DNA from: Chrysomallon squamiferum
Lineage: Eukaryota; Animalia; Mollusca
Assembly (NCBI GenBank): GCA_012295275.1
Contig: CM022669.1
Location: forward strand, 6,882,001-6,946,000
Reading direction: 5' to 3'
Length of the DNA stretch: 64,000 bases
Made by a program: the position numbers and the translations under genes. Below, one piece after another: positions 1-14,105 of the stretch. Within the stretch, counting starts at the first letter, position 1; each line of letters begins with the position of its first letter. The notes beneath the pieces are model-generated. The model was not told where the DNA came from. It saw nothing but the letters and a program-made list of their open reading frames with translations, and made no database searches.

Positions 1-529
1 ATGTTCCTATGAATAGGCCTATGTTGACATCTGGTCACGATTTAAAGAGCGTAACACTATCGACATTGAACTATTGAGCTAAAGGTTTTTTAGAATTTAC
101 ATATATATAATTATTATTTTTAATATTATTTTAAAATGTATTTATTTTGTGTCTAATTTTTTATTGACTTACACATAGGTAGCACAGTCCGTTTTTAAAT
201 GTATTCAATTACATTCCATAAACAATATGTATCAATTATATTTTATATTTTATGTATCGATAGCTGGATCTATATAAAAGTGTGAATAAAATTTTAAATA
301 TTCATTTTCATTTTCTTTCTTTTCTTTTCCTTATTTATTTTTTTCCTTATTTATTTTTTCCTCTCTTTTTAACTCTCTCTCTCTCTCTCGTATGTATATT
401 TACTAAATTAAACATGTTGCAAAATTAAACGTATTGCTATTTTTTAAGATATGTGTTAACATTACCAAAAGCAAGAAAAACAACAAACCGAAAGAATTCT
501 TTACTGTAACAAGAAACCGTAAGAATTCG

Positions 530-716
530 TTTAAATCCGGAAATATTTTCTTTCCCATCGACCTCATTTCATCTGACAGATAAACCTACTTTCGATTAGG
601 CCAAAGTTCATTTCCGGTTATATCAAAACAAAATGGACGACTCTCCAGGACAAATCTCAAGGAATTTTGGCGAAAATGCTCAGATTCAGTTATCGTTAAA
701 TTCGTAGCATTCAAAC
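530..716 (+). promoter_or_regulatory. Promoter/5' leader of the alpha-arrestin gene with ETS-like CCGGAA motifs and upstream ORFs
   Basis: CCGGAA at about 537-542 and TTCCGG at about 612-617 in locally CpG-richer DNA; uORFs at 633-707 and 676-699. The transcription start is not known. Confidence 0.45.
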
Positions 717-1866
717 ATGGGCAAATTAAAATGCTTCGAAGTTGTTTTGAGCGAGAACAAGTCGGTGTACCATCCGGGCGAACGGGTGAACGGACAGGTG
801 ATTGTCGAATTAAAAGGAGATATAAAAATGAGGTCTCTTCGAATTTTCATGAGGGGTGTTGCCAAAGTGCATTGGACAGAATCGCGAAGCACTGGCAGTC
901 GTTTGGGTTCGTATACAGAACATTACAATGCAGAAGTAGAGTATTTCTTCAAGAGACAGGTTCTTTTTGGTGGAGGTGTGTATTTTTTATATTTATGTAA
1001 ATTTATGTTCACCGAAAGAAATTATTTTTAAATATTTAAAAATAATAATAAATAGAAACAGAGTTTGTTTATGCAATTTTTAATACTGAGAATAAATTCC
1101 CTTTGTTGTTGTTGTTGTTGTTTAAACCAATATATAACATAAGTATTTTTTAATACACTGCTAATAAACGGATGTCGGTTTGGGCTTTATAGATTAAGGG
1201 TATAACGGGAAAGGTAAAACACTAAAAGGAAGGTATGATTGTTTGCTGACAAACTACTTGTGTACATTACAATGAGTAATGTTTACACTAACAATATTAT
1301 TTGTTATGAATTTTTAATCAAATCTAAGATATGTTTAAATCATTTAAATAAACTTATTTTATTTTATTTTATTTTACTTATTTATTTGTTTAAATTTATG
1401 GATGCTTAAAATTATTGGTATGAAATGTAATTCTAAATGATTCATTTTTGAGAATGAAAAATGGTTGCATATTCATAGGTACAGTGTAAATTAATTAAGT
1501 GTCAAACATATGAAATGTAAATATTGATGTGTCTGAAATAAACTTTTATTAACCTTTACATTATTTGTGTATTTTAGTAATATTAAACGTTTCTGACAAA
1601 TAACATTTAGTTGAACATATTTATTTATGTGTACATTGTACAATCACAACTTTTGATTGTCAGTGTCGAGCCATGTTTAGAACGATAAATAGCCCACCTG
1701 GTATATTAAAGAAGTCTGAATCAGAGTTGTAAAACTGAATTACCACTCACCTTCAATTGACAGATTTATCTTAATAAAGTTCTAATAAAAGCATAAAGAA
1801 AGCTGAAAATGTGTTTATTTTAAATGAAATATTATTATTATTATTATTATTATTACTACTACTACA

Positions 1867-1917
<51 letters not shown>

Positions 1918-3454
1918 GATTTTATAATTAACATAAAAGTGATATTTATTAAGAGCATTCTGTGTTTATTAATGTGGCATCATATTCTTGAAAATATCCC
2001 AGTTTTCTTTTTCAACTTAACCAGAATCAACAAAAAGAAAACTTCAAATGATACAAATTCTAAAACAGGCTGCTTGTTTGCAGCAACACATGAGTAAAAA
2101 CAGAAGAAAAAAACTATTCTTTGAATATATGTATACAAAATTATTTTAGACTGTTGTTCATACAACTAAGAATGTATGCATTTTAAAAGAAATAAAACAA
2201 CTGTGAGGCAATGTTCAAAATAAATTTAGCATATCAATATACCATTATGTATATATTTTAACCATGAAATTTCATTACTTGTAGAAATATCTGATGGACG
2301 TGATACCTTGACTGAAGGACGGCATGAATTTAATTTTTCATTTGAATTACCAATGGGGTAAGTTGATTTTTATTCACAGATATTAATGAATTTTGGAGAA
2401 AAAAACCACTTTGAAGTTTAAATTAGAGTAATAAGTTGTGGGGGGGAGCTAATGTGCCTTTTTTCTTTTTGTCACTCTGTTATCAAACTGTTCATTTTTA
2501 ATAATAATGATACATGACGATTATAGTGTTTTATATGACTTGTACTTATTGCTGTTAAAATGCAGTGTAAAAATACTCTTATATAATTTGAGATACTCAT
2601 ATCTATGGAAGTGAGTATTTTCTAAGTTAATACATTATCCTTTCCTTTAATGAATATATATATTTTATTTTTTATCAAAAAAAAAGAAAAAAAAAAAAGG
2701 AAGAAAAATAAATTTAAACTGATTTATGTTTATAAACTGCATTTAGATAAGAAATGTTGCTGTTTTATCAGACAACATAGTATTATCTTCATCATTATCT
2801 GTTTATTTTAATAAACGTTTTTTTTTTTTAATTTTTTATTTAATTTTTTTTTTCCAGAGGAATTTCAACATCATTTGAAGGGAAACATGGAAGTATTCGT
2901 TACTGGTTAAAAGCTGAAATGGACAAACCTTGGTCATTCAACCATAAAACTAAGAAAGCGTTTACTGTTATCAGTCCAACAGACATTAACAGACCAGAAT
3001 ACCAGGTTACTTCCCTTGATATTACAAACATTCAAAATTCAGAAAAGAAATTCAGCTTATATTAATTATCTCCCTTGACTTAACTCATTTAAAATGAAAT
3101 TATTATTTATTAATTTATTTTTCATAGTTATTTTTACTTTTTTAAACACATACATTTTAGATTAAAATTTTATTTATGTTTTTTGCAATTCTACATTGCT
3201 TGAAATAAATCGTGTTTAAAGAACAAGTAAATTAAACATTCTGTTAACATTTTACGTCAATTTTCCTCATAACACAATTAATTTTATTAGCTAAACAGGA
3301 TAAGATGCCTGTTTAACTTGTATTATTTTCTTCCTGGCCGACATCTTTAAAATGTTGTTAACTTAATAACATTTTTTTGTTGTTGCTATTTGCATTTGAT
3401 TTTATTGTTCCCATTACTGTTATTGTTTACTGAGATTATTATTATTTTTTATAT

Positions 3455-3485
<31 letters not shown>

Positions 3486-6104
3486 CTTACTTAGACGCAA
3501 GTGGAGTGTAGTATTGAGAAAACTCTGTGTTGTTGGCTCTGTACATCTGGACCCATCTCCATAACAGCCAGAACTGACCGGCGTGGCTATTGTCCTGGTA
3601 AATAAAATAAATTCTACATAAATACACACACAAACACTCATACAGACACAAACACACATACACACACACACACAAACACAAACACTCATACAGACACACA
3701 CACACATGCAAAGACTCATGCGCATATATAGTATTTTCAGGAACAACTTTTGTATCTTTCATTTCCATCATAATCATATATTTTTTGAACAACCAATAAT
3801 ATAATTATGTTTTATTTTTGCAAGAGAGCCAGTGATATCAGTATATCTTGTTTTTATCAGGAGAGCCAATCATAACAGTATATCTTATTTTACCAGGAGA
3901 GCCAATCATATCAGTATATCTTGTTTTATCAGGAGAGCCAGTGATATCAGTATATCTTGTTTTACCAGGAGAGCCAATCATATCAGTATATCTTGTTTTA
4001 TCAGGAGAGCCAGTGACTCATGTGTATTTTGTAATTTTCAGGAGAGTCAATAGCTATCTCAGCTGAATTCGACAATCACTCATCAAGAACAGTAATCCCG
4101 TATGCCACTCTGTACCAGACTCAGGCGTTCTTCGCCAACGGAAAGTCGAGGATCAGAAGAACAAAGTTCACCGTGCTCACTGGACTTCCTGTTGCTCCGC
4201 GAACTCGAGGAAGCTGGGACTCGCAGCTGTTGAAAATACCAGCAGTCTCACCATCCATAATGAACTGCTGTGTAATGAAAGTGGATTATTTTGTAAAGGT
4301 ATGGCATAATGTAAATATCTAGATATATTTTGATTCCGATTTGTCATTGTTTGTTGCTGGAATCCAGTCTTTCCTAAAGACAGCACAGTAGCAACAAGGG
4401 ATGAAACCCACCTGTAATACATTTAACAGAAAAACATTTTAAAATAAATTTAGAAGAAAAAAAAAAGAAAAAAAAAGATTTGTTTAGATTTTGTATGACT
4501 GTTATTATTATTATTGCTGCTGAAGACAATTCTTTTCTAATGACAAAGTAGAGCAATGTAACATGTCATTCCTACATTCTTATTTTATATATGTAACTTA
4601 GAAATATTACCAATATTATACTGTAAAATGTTTTTTTAAATAAAACAATATATAGATAGATATACACACAGATAGATAGATAGATATAGATAGATACAAA
4701 ATACCAAGACTTGTGAGACAGCATTGACATGCAGTTCACACGACAAGCTGTTGTTTTCAGGTAGCTCTTCATATTCCTGGTGCCTACAACCTGACCATGC
4801 ACCTGCCTATCGTCATAGGCACCGTGCCGTACCGACGAGCCCAGCCCTACTGCTACACTGAGTCGAGGTACTACCGCGAAACACAGGCACAGTTTGCCAT
4901 GGACTTTCTACCCGTGCCACCCCCTTACAGAGAAACCATCACACCTCCACCACCTTTTGACGGTAAAAACATTTACATAATTGTTAAGAAGATAGAGAGT
5001 ATACAGTTAAATGTTAAACAAAAAATGTATTCATGTATGTATTAGTTGTGTTTGTGTGTTTCAAATATAGATAGATAGATAATTAAACAGATAGATAGAT
5101 AATTAAATAGATTGATAGAGATAGATAGATAGATAGATAGATAGACAGACAGATAGATAGACAGACAGACAGACAGATAGATAGATACATGCACACATGC
5201 ATACATACATATATATATTTTATTTATATATTTTTATTTTTATTTTTACATTTTTTATATTTTATTTATTATTTTTTTTTAATTCCCTTTTTAGTTTGTG
5301 TATGTAGGTGTGTTCCTTTTTTTTTTTTTGAATTATGATTATGATTGCAATTTCTTTATACATGGATAATATAATGAAGATTAAAAAATAGAAGCAATTT
5401 CCCCATCGTACATTAAGCTGCTAATACTTTCTTTTGCTTAATTCACTTTTTCACTTTTCTCAACACCCATTGTTGTTGTCATCAATAGACCCACCCACCT
5501 ATGCTGAAAGTATTGGAGGTGCTGTCAACATAAACGATGATGATGATGATGACTCAAGTTCAAACATGGGTGACCTCACATACACACCGATGTACACATA
5601 CGTCTACAATTACAGACCTCCTCCAGCTTATGCAGAGGTATGTCTTTTACAACATCATTTTTATGTATCAGTGTGTATAAATCAAAATTTATTATTTTAA
5701 TGAAAAATTTAATCATTTAATTGTTTTAATAAATGTGGCATCAGAAAAATCAATATTTATTTTATCTGCATGTTCTTTCAGCAATATAATCATAGTACTT
5801 TTTTGAAATTTGGTATCAAAACATTTGATGCACTTGATGTTAATGAAGAAAACAAATAATAAATATAATAATAATAATACATTTATATAATTGTACCTCT
5901 TCAGTTCAGGGAAAAAAGATTAATAATAAATTAAAAAAAAAAAAACAATAATGATGAAAAATAAATAACAGAAAAAGAAAATGAACCTAATATGGTAATT
6001 ATTATTAATATATTCTTTTATTTTTATTATTATTATTAATTTTTTATTTTTTATAGAGTGACCCTCTTTCTCATCTCGAGCACATGACACTGGAGGACAG
6101 CTAG
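717..6104 (+). CDS. Alpha-arrestin, arrestin domain-containing protein (ARRDC2/3/4/TXNIP family), 8 coding exons
   Basis: Exons 717-975, 2285-2357, 2858-3005, 3495-3597, 4042-4298, 4761-4962, 5489-5637 and 6057-6104 (TAG), all GT-AG with matching phases. The translation has arrestin-N motifs (VYHPGERVNGQV, RGVAKVHWTE, GRHEFNFSFELP, STSFEGKHGSIRYWLKAEMDKPW), arrestin-C motifs (CCWLCTSGPISITARTDRRGYCPGESI, LKIPAVSPSI, LPIVIGTVP) and three C-terminal PPxY motifs (PPPY, PPTY, PPAY) typical of NEDD4-family ligase adaptors. Confidence 0.95.
3822..4046 (+). repeat. 36-37 bp tandem repeat (about 6 copies) derived from the intron 4/exon 5 acceptor junction of the arrestin gene
   Basis: Unit AGGAGAGCCAATCATATCAGTATATCTTGTTTTATC; the true junction is TTTTCAG|GAGAGTCAATAG at 4041/4042. 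Confidence 0.9.
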
Positions 6105-9100
6105 TGACACCTAAAGAAAAGACAACTCTTCCATTAACAAAACCACTTTTTTTTGAACTGGCATAAGCCTTTTTTAAAATCTTTTTTTTTTCTTTTTGTC
6201 TTCTGTTTTGCTTCCTCCTGTGAGTGAAGATTTACATTCAAAGGGAGGTTATGCAAAAGGATGACTTTGGAAAACCATTATTTTTAATTTTTACTGTTAT
6301 AAGATATGTCTTATTTTTGGATACTTATGTCTGAATATGATCACATATATGTTTGATTCATGATTCTTTTCTTTTTTTCTTTTTCTTCTTTTTAAATTTA
6401 TTTGGAGATGGTTTGAAAATAATATTTGTAAATATTGAAGATTTGGCTGTTTGTATAACCAGCATCTTTAACAATGGAGTGTGAGCTGTCATCTCAACTT
6501 GGACTGCCACACAATGTTACATGGCGCTTTGGTATACTGGATAGAATCATGCCGGAGACAATTTTTACGGCAGACTTGTTTTGCTAATGACGCAAATGAC
6601 TTGGTTGAGTAAATAATTATATATTTTATACTTTTGCTCATAATGTTATTCCTCTCTTATGTCACCGGGCAAGTAAAAACCACATTTATTTTTTTAATTC
6701 ATTATTTATTTATTTAGACTTTTAACTACATTTATTTTTTATTTCTTATTTTAATTTTTTTTTACATTCATTTATTTGTTATTAATATTCCCTTATGATA
6801 TATTATTTTCTCTTGATCTCTTATTTTTATTTTTTTATTTTTATTTTTTTCATTATTATTATCATTTTTTTTTATTTTTAAACCAGACATAAAGTATCAT
6901 CTACACTAAGATTTGCGTATCAGTTTCTATTAACATTACATATAACAATTATAATATTGTTTTCTGTTTTGCATTAATCATAAGTTTATTCATGATTCAG
7001 AAACTGAAAAAAGAAACTTAGCAAAAAACTAAGTAAATAATTAAAAAGATACAAAAATAATACCATTACTTTACCTTACTTTGAAGATGTCCTTTAAAGG
7101 GAGATAATAAGTAGTAAAGCAGTTTTTTGAAATAAGAAATAAACAAAAACAGAATTTTTTCATAAAAATTAAAAAAAAAATAATAATAATAATAAAATTA
7201 AAAATTAAACATTCTCATTTTAATAAGTTTCCCCACTAAAGGGAGATTATGCACAATCGTCTTGTGATCAGAGTTATCTCCTGCTGTCTCATTCGCGCCA
7301 TGACAGATCTTAATTCAACTTTATATTTGTCTTGTTTAAACTTGAACAATTTATTTCATTGTGAAAATAACATGTGTATTGGTCGTAATATTGTTTACAA
7401 ATGAATTTGATATTTATATATTTGCTGTAAATGATAGTGTTGTGCTTGAAAAAAAACATTAAGGTCACACATTTGTAACTGAGCAAACATACCAAGCTTA
7501 AGAATGCCCACCATTCTGCCAGCATTTTAGTGTGTGCAATAATTATGGTGCTGTTTTGTATGCCTGTTTTGTGGAATAATTATATTAGACTGTAATAACA
7601 ATTAAGTATATGTAAAAATTATATTTTGTATGTCAATGCAAAAATTCATAAAAGTTATAGTAAAAAAAAAAAAAAAAACATAAATAAAAGAAATTGTTAC
7701 TTTTCATAACCAAAGAAGACATAAAAAATGCAGTTATTAATATTATTTTTTTTTTTTAATTGAAATTTCATTTAATGTTTCTTATTTCAACAGTGAAAAT
7801 GGTGTAGCTTATTGTTTTTTTTTAATAGATTTTTAAATTAAAATTAGCATTAAAAAGCCAGATTATGCTTTTGAAAATTAAAAAATAAATTAATAACAGC
7901 GTTTTAATTATCTCTGCTGATTACTGATGCTTTTATGAATTTTTGCTGACTGTTTTTATAGATACTACTTTAGTATGAAATACTAACTCTGTGACCCTGC
8001 CCATCAAAAACAATTACACATTTCATAACCCCACTGCATTTTCACACAGCATTCCTTCATTCAGTTTTCACAAACGTGCAAAGACTTACAGTTAAGTATG
8101 GATAGACACCATATTGAATTACATTCTTAGATTTGGCTATGAAAATGGATATTTTCTTTTCGTAAAAGCTACGAAAGTTTGTAGGAATGCGTGAAATATT
8201 CAAGGGTTATGAAATCTTTTATGAAAACTAAAAATCAAAATGTTTTGTGTATTTATAAGTGTCTACATTCTGACGTTTTTATCTGTGATGTGTTTTGGCA
8301 GGGAGGGTCATGTATAGTGTTAGCATTTTTATATTTTTGCTACGTTGTTTTGTCTACTAAATGATTTTTTTTATTTTATTTTTATTACTAAAGCATTTAC
8401 AATGTTTATTTTTTGTTGTTTTGTTTTATTTTATTTTTTTGTTAACAAACCCCTGGTAGGCAGACAGTATTATATTTGTTCTATTTTCAGGTTCTGTTGT
8501 AAAAAAAAAAAAAAATAATAATAAAATTAACAAAATAGTAAAACGTTTTTGATCTAGATTTTCACGAAATATTTTATTTTATTTTTTATTTAATTTAATT
8601 CTTTAATTTGTTATACATTTTTTTTTTTTTCACTGAATTTAATTTAATGCAGAAAATTAAATATGCATAACTTTACAGTATTTATAATTATGTAAAAAGA
8701 AAAGTTGTTTTTTTAATATTGTTTTTTAGATATGTAAATTTAAAGAGGTTATACAAAGGTGATGTTGTAATTAATAATGATATAAATTAAACCAATCAAA
8801 TTTCATCACTCGACAGTGTGTAAATGCACAATTAAAACTTCAGAGCATTTAAACCACATGTTGTTGTTTTCGAAAACATAAATATATATAATGTACATTT
8901 ATTTGTGGCAGCATTATTGTTAAACTTCAAAGAGAAAAGAAATCACAAAAACATCACATTTAATTTTGGAATTTCATTTTTTTTTTTTTTTTTTTTTCTT
9001 CATTCATTTTGGTTCAGTATTTTTCTCCTTTGCATTTTGTTGTTTTTGTTTCATTGTCATAATTTATTCAGATTTGTATATCAGGGCCTTGTGATTTGTT

Positions 9101-9332
9101 TATTTGTAATTTTTACTGGCTTTAAATATTTGTTGTGGCTTCAGTTATTTTTTTTGAAATATTTATTCTGTATATATGACCAGTTTCCAGTGAATGGTAC
9201 TCAAAGGTTACTGAACAGTAATTGCTAATATAATTTACTATTGTAAGTGCAAATCTTTGAAAAAAAATTAATAAGTAGCTTTTAAAATAACAATAATAAT
9301 AATAATAACAATTTTTGTTTAGTTTTTAAAAA

Positions 9333-9367
<35 letters not shown>

Positions 9368-10392
9368 TTTATTGTTATTGTTATTATTATTTTTTGTTAT
9401 TATTTTTTTTTTTTTATCAGTCTGCTTTTTAATTATTTCCATGCAATCAGCTAGCTTATTAAAAGTGAATTCAAACATTTAAGGATATTAAAATAGAATT
9501 CAGTGTAGTCTGTTTTTTTTTTTTTTAAATGTCCCTATTTATTTGTGCCAAATATTCATCCACAGCTTAAATTTTAGTCATTTCACAATAAATCTTGTAT
9601 CATTTATATTGTAATTTTTTTTCCATTAATAACCAAACATTAAAAAAAAAAATGGCCAAAAATAAGTTAAACCTTCATGTACATTTCATTGAAATGTGTC
9701 CCTTACTTGTATATTATATTTTTTGTGATATTTTATTACTTTTTTTGGTGCTCCTTAATAAATTGTGACTACGACACATAGAAGTATAGTGGATATTTTT
9801 GTTGTACAATATATTGTATATTTACTAAATATATTGTTATTGTTGTTGTTGTTTTATTTTTAATAACCATGTATACATGAGATTTGTAAATTTACTTTTG
9901 CATGTAAAAAATATGTAGTTATTTATTTATGAATTATTTTATTTTCGTTTTCACACTTAAAATAAATATTTGATTGACAAAAAAGAAGAAAATGTTAAAT
10001 GAAAATTCAGTATTTGTGAATATCTTTTTTTTCTTTTTTTATTCTCATATATATTTTTTTAATTTGTATTGATTTTTTTTTTCTGTTTATTTATTTTTAT
10101 TATTGTCAATTTTATACCAAATCTTTATCAGACATTTCACATTTGTTTATTCATTATTTTGTTATTTTTTGTTATTTTTTTGTTATTTTTTTTTTTTGTA
10201 AAAACCTTTCATTGCTGCTATTTTCTTTATTTAAAATATATTTTTCTTTTTAAAGATACCAAACAGTTGAATTCAACATTTAATATTGAATTTAAATTTG
10301 TCAGTATTTGTGTTAAACAAACCTGCTCAGCATCTGTGTCACAGGATGAAACATATTATATTATCTTTTCCTCTTCAGATGTTTGAAATTGC

Positions 10393-10447
<55 letters not shown>

Positions 10448-11190
10448 GCTATTTTCTTTATTTTTTATTTATTTAATTATTTGTTTTTAATGTTATGAAC
10501 ATGTATGTTTCTAAATTCAAAACATTTGAATTCCATACAGTATTTAAAATTGATTTTATGATCATTTTAATTTTATTATTTTATTTATTTATTTTCGCTT
10601 TCTTTTTTTTTTCTTTTTTTTTTTTATATCAAATATTGTTGTACATGAAAATTTATTTGTTTTGTTTTGCATCTGTTCATATTGTTTTTATTATCTCACT
10701 CACACATATATATAATGTACCTTTTAGTGTTATTTGTTTTGTTGTGTTTCTTTCAGTATTTCATTTATCTGTTTATGTATAATATTACATAGAAATTACA
10801 TATCAGTTTGTTATTTTACACTCAGTGAACAAACACAACTCCCCTTTAATGGTGGGATCATCTGTACAGTATTACTAAGTGCAGAAAATGTACACACACA
10901 CATACACACATACATCATTTATACAAATAATAACACATATATACATTGATTACATACGTAAATATATACACATATAAAACACACACACACACACACACAC
11001 AAACGTACAGAATGTTAGAATATAGATCTGTATTATTTGTAAATTATTTTGTGATAAATTAGAGCCAATGTTCTTTCAGATTTATTTATTAGTTTTGAAG
11101 TAGCTAATTTTTTTTTGTAATTTAATTTACATATTTGTTGTTCTGTTGTTTATTATTTGTAGTCAGAAAAGACAATAAAATGTATGTAGA
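6105..11190 (+). other. Putative long 3' UTR of the alpha-arrestin gene
   Basis: T-rich non-coding stretch after the stop codon with many TATTTAT elements and miRNA seed matches. AATAAA at about 9961 and about 11174, the latter followed by GT-rich sequence. The 3' end is inferred. Confidence 0.5.
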
Positions 11191-12149
11191 CTATTGTTTT
11201 CATCAAGTCATCATTTCTTCAACTGTTCTGTGTCTGGTTAGTGTGTTCACTGAGGACATTGGAATTTAGGTAAACAGAAAATAACAAAGATTTTCTAAGT
11301 CTATCAGATACTCTGTATGCAATGAAAAATGCAGCACCACTTTTATTATTACTATTAATACATACTACTACTACCACTCTGCTACTGTTTATACCATTAC
11401 TACTACCACTACTGTTGTTCTTGTTAATATTATTTATTATAATGTTGTTTATTTATATATTTATTTATTTAGTTAAGTATTTGTGTTCAATAGTATAGAA
11501 GCAGTTGCTTTGAAAATGTAATAAGCATTCACACATACAGACACACACAGACACACACACTCTCTCTCTCTCTCTGACTCTATCTCAGACAGACACTCGT
11601 TCTTTTTCGTATTTGATAATTTGATAAATTTCACTAGTTGAGTCAAGCAATGAGTTCTTAACTTGTAACCTAGAGCGGTTACGTTTTTGAATTTGTTAAA
11701 ACAATCAACAAAATTTCTGTTACTTCTTGACGGCCTCCCAGGTACAGTTAGATTTATAATTGTATTTATCTCTGGTGTGAAATATTATATGGGATTGGAA
11801 CTTGTAAAGTGTTGGATTTAAAAACTACTGCCACATAGAAAATGATGAACAAGTGACTAATGTGCTGGTAGGTAATGCAGAGTTAACTAAATACAAGATT
11901 TTACTGATGTTCTTTGCATAATAGAAAATAATGATTTTAATTTAATAATTAACAAATTATAAATATTACAATCAACCAATTTTTCATGAATGTCATTTAA
12001 CTAATTCACTAAATGCTGCAAGTCTAGTTTTTAAGTTCACCGTCAAAATTCTGAATCTATGGAAATTTCATTTTCAGATTGTATGTTGCATTAAATACAA
12101 ATCCTGAAATTATTGTCAGAATATAACAGTCCACCAGAATTCACATTTA

Positions 12150-12320
12150 ATGTATTTGTCAGATTTTAGTTTTACATAAATTACAAATACTGTCAGAATT
12201 TAGAATTCATGTATTGTCAGATTTTGGTGTTTACGTAAGTTACAAATATTGGCAGAATTCATAGTTAATGCATTGTCAGATTTTGGTGTTTACGTAAATT
12301 ACAAACACTGTCAGATTTTA
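12150..12320. repeat. About 59-bp minisatellite, about 3 copies
   Basis: Repeated TGTATTGTCAGATTTTGGTGTTTACGTAAATTACAAATACTGTCAGAATT-like units starting near 12150, 12210 and 12269. Confidence 0.75.
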
Positions 12321-12810
12321 CAGTTCTCAGCGATTACAAATAGAATTCTGTCACTGATAAACTTAATTACTCCACACACTTTTCATTTCTACTTAAACCA
12401 ATGTTCAGTTCATTTAAATCATTCAATTAGAAGAATAAAAATAATAGATTTATGTCCGTGTGAGACACTGAATTTATGTTCTGACGTTGTAAAATGTGAA
12501 TTGTGTACTGTGTGGTTTAGAAAATAATGTCTATTACCATCTTATAATACACGTATATTAAGTGATGTAAAATATATATGTTCAAGGAGTTGCCCACGTA
12601 ATATAGAGAATATGTGTGTTATGCATATGAGACAATATAGTCCACGTTAAATAAGAATGTGTATTTTCTGTATATAATATGTGTATTGTTGATCCACTTG
12701 CAAAATGTAAAAAAAATGTGTTGAAAAAAACTAATTATTTGGCTTATATAATGTTTTAGCTTTTGGTTATTATGAAATGTGATTTTATTTATTTTTTTAA
12801 TTCTTTTTTA

Positions 12811-12860
<50 letters not shown>

Positions 12861-13758
12861 AAGAAATTGCCAACCATGTGGAAGTGAAATTTTTAAATAT
12901 CAAATACAGAGAGAAATATTCACTTGAAAATATATAGGTACAATTTTCTTTTGTATAGTTTGTTTTTGCTGTCATTTTAAAATTATTTTCTCTATATCAG
13001 TCATTGCTTAGATTTCACTTTTGTTTTACTTTGGTGCAATATATTCCGTTTGTATGCTGGGCACACACACACACACCCACACACACACAAACACACACAC
13101 ACGCAAACGTATAAATATTAAGTTTTTCTAAGTGTTAAGTATATTTGGTTAAGAAATAGTTGCGATTGTTTATTAAATATCACTTCTTCACGATTTGTTT
13201 CCATTTATTTTCAGTTTCATGTTTCTGTCGTAATGACTGGTGGAATTCTGTTACATTATTACCGTCAAGACATCATTGCTCTTTTTCAAATTATGTTTTC
13301 AAAATGTTAATATTTCACAACATTTTAGTATTCGTTATTAATTTTGTACCAAGTCTATCGCGACTAGATAATTATTTTATACGACTTTTTTCTTTATTAT
13401 GTAAAAAAAAGAAAAAAAGAAAGTATTGTAATATTTTTATGATTTTGGTAAATATTTGCAAATATGTTTTGTTTTGTTATATCTGTATATGACCTTATTA
13501 AATTGATGTAATAAGACATCACTCATTTTTTTCTTTTCTTTTCTATTTATCGATCTCTCTATATGTCTATCTATCTCTATATAATGTATCTTTCTCCATC
13601 TCTATCTCTTTACCTTTGTCTCATTATATATCTCTGTCTCTATCTGTATTATCTGTCTTCATATGACTATAACAGTGCATAAGTAATAGTAGCAACAGCA
13701 GCACCATTAGTAATAAAAGTACAAACAGGTAATAACGCTGATAGTAATAACAGTAACG

Positions 13759-13892
<134 letters not shown>

Positions 13893-14105
13893 TGTGTGAT
13901 GGATCAAAGACTAACTGCAGATGACAAACCCGACAAATACGCATCACAAATAATAAAATAAATTATTATTCTTGAAGAAATATAAACATGTAGGACAGTG
14001 AGATACTGAAATGCCGAATTCGAACGTCTGTCTTTTACGACAAATTGTAACTGGAACTGTCAGAACTGTGTGAGTGACGTATCGTATCTTCTACAGATTG
14101 CAGAC

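Noticed and set aside
3822-4046. 36-bp repeats as a CRISPR array
   Set aside because: The units are head-to-tail with no unique spacers, there are no cas genes, and they lie in a eukaryotic intron.
6102-6107. Stop-codon readthrough at the end of the arrestin
   Set aside because: TAG is followed immediately by TGA, a double stop.
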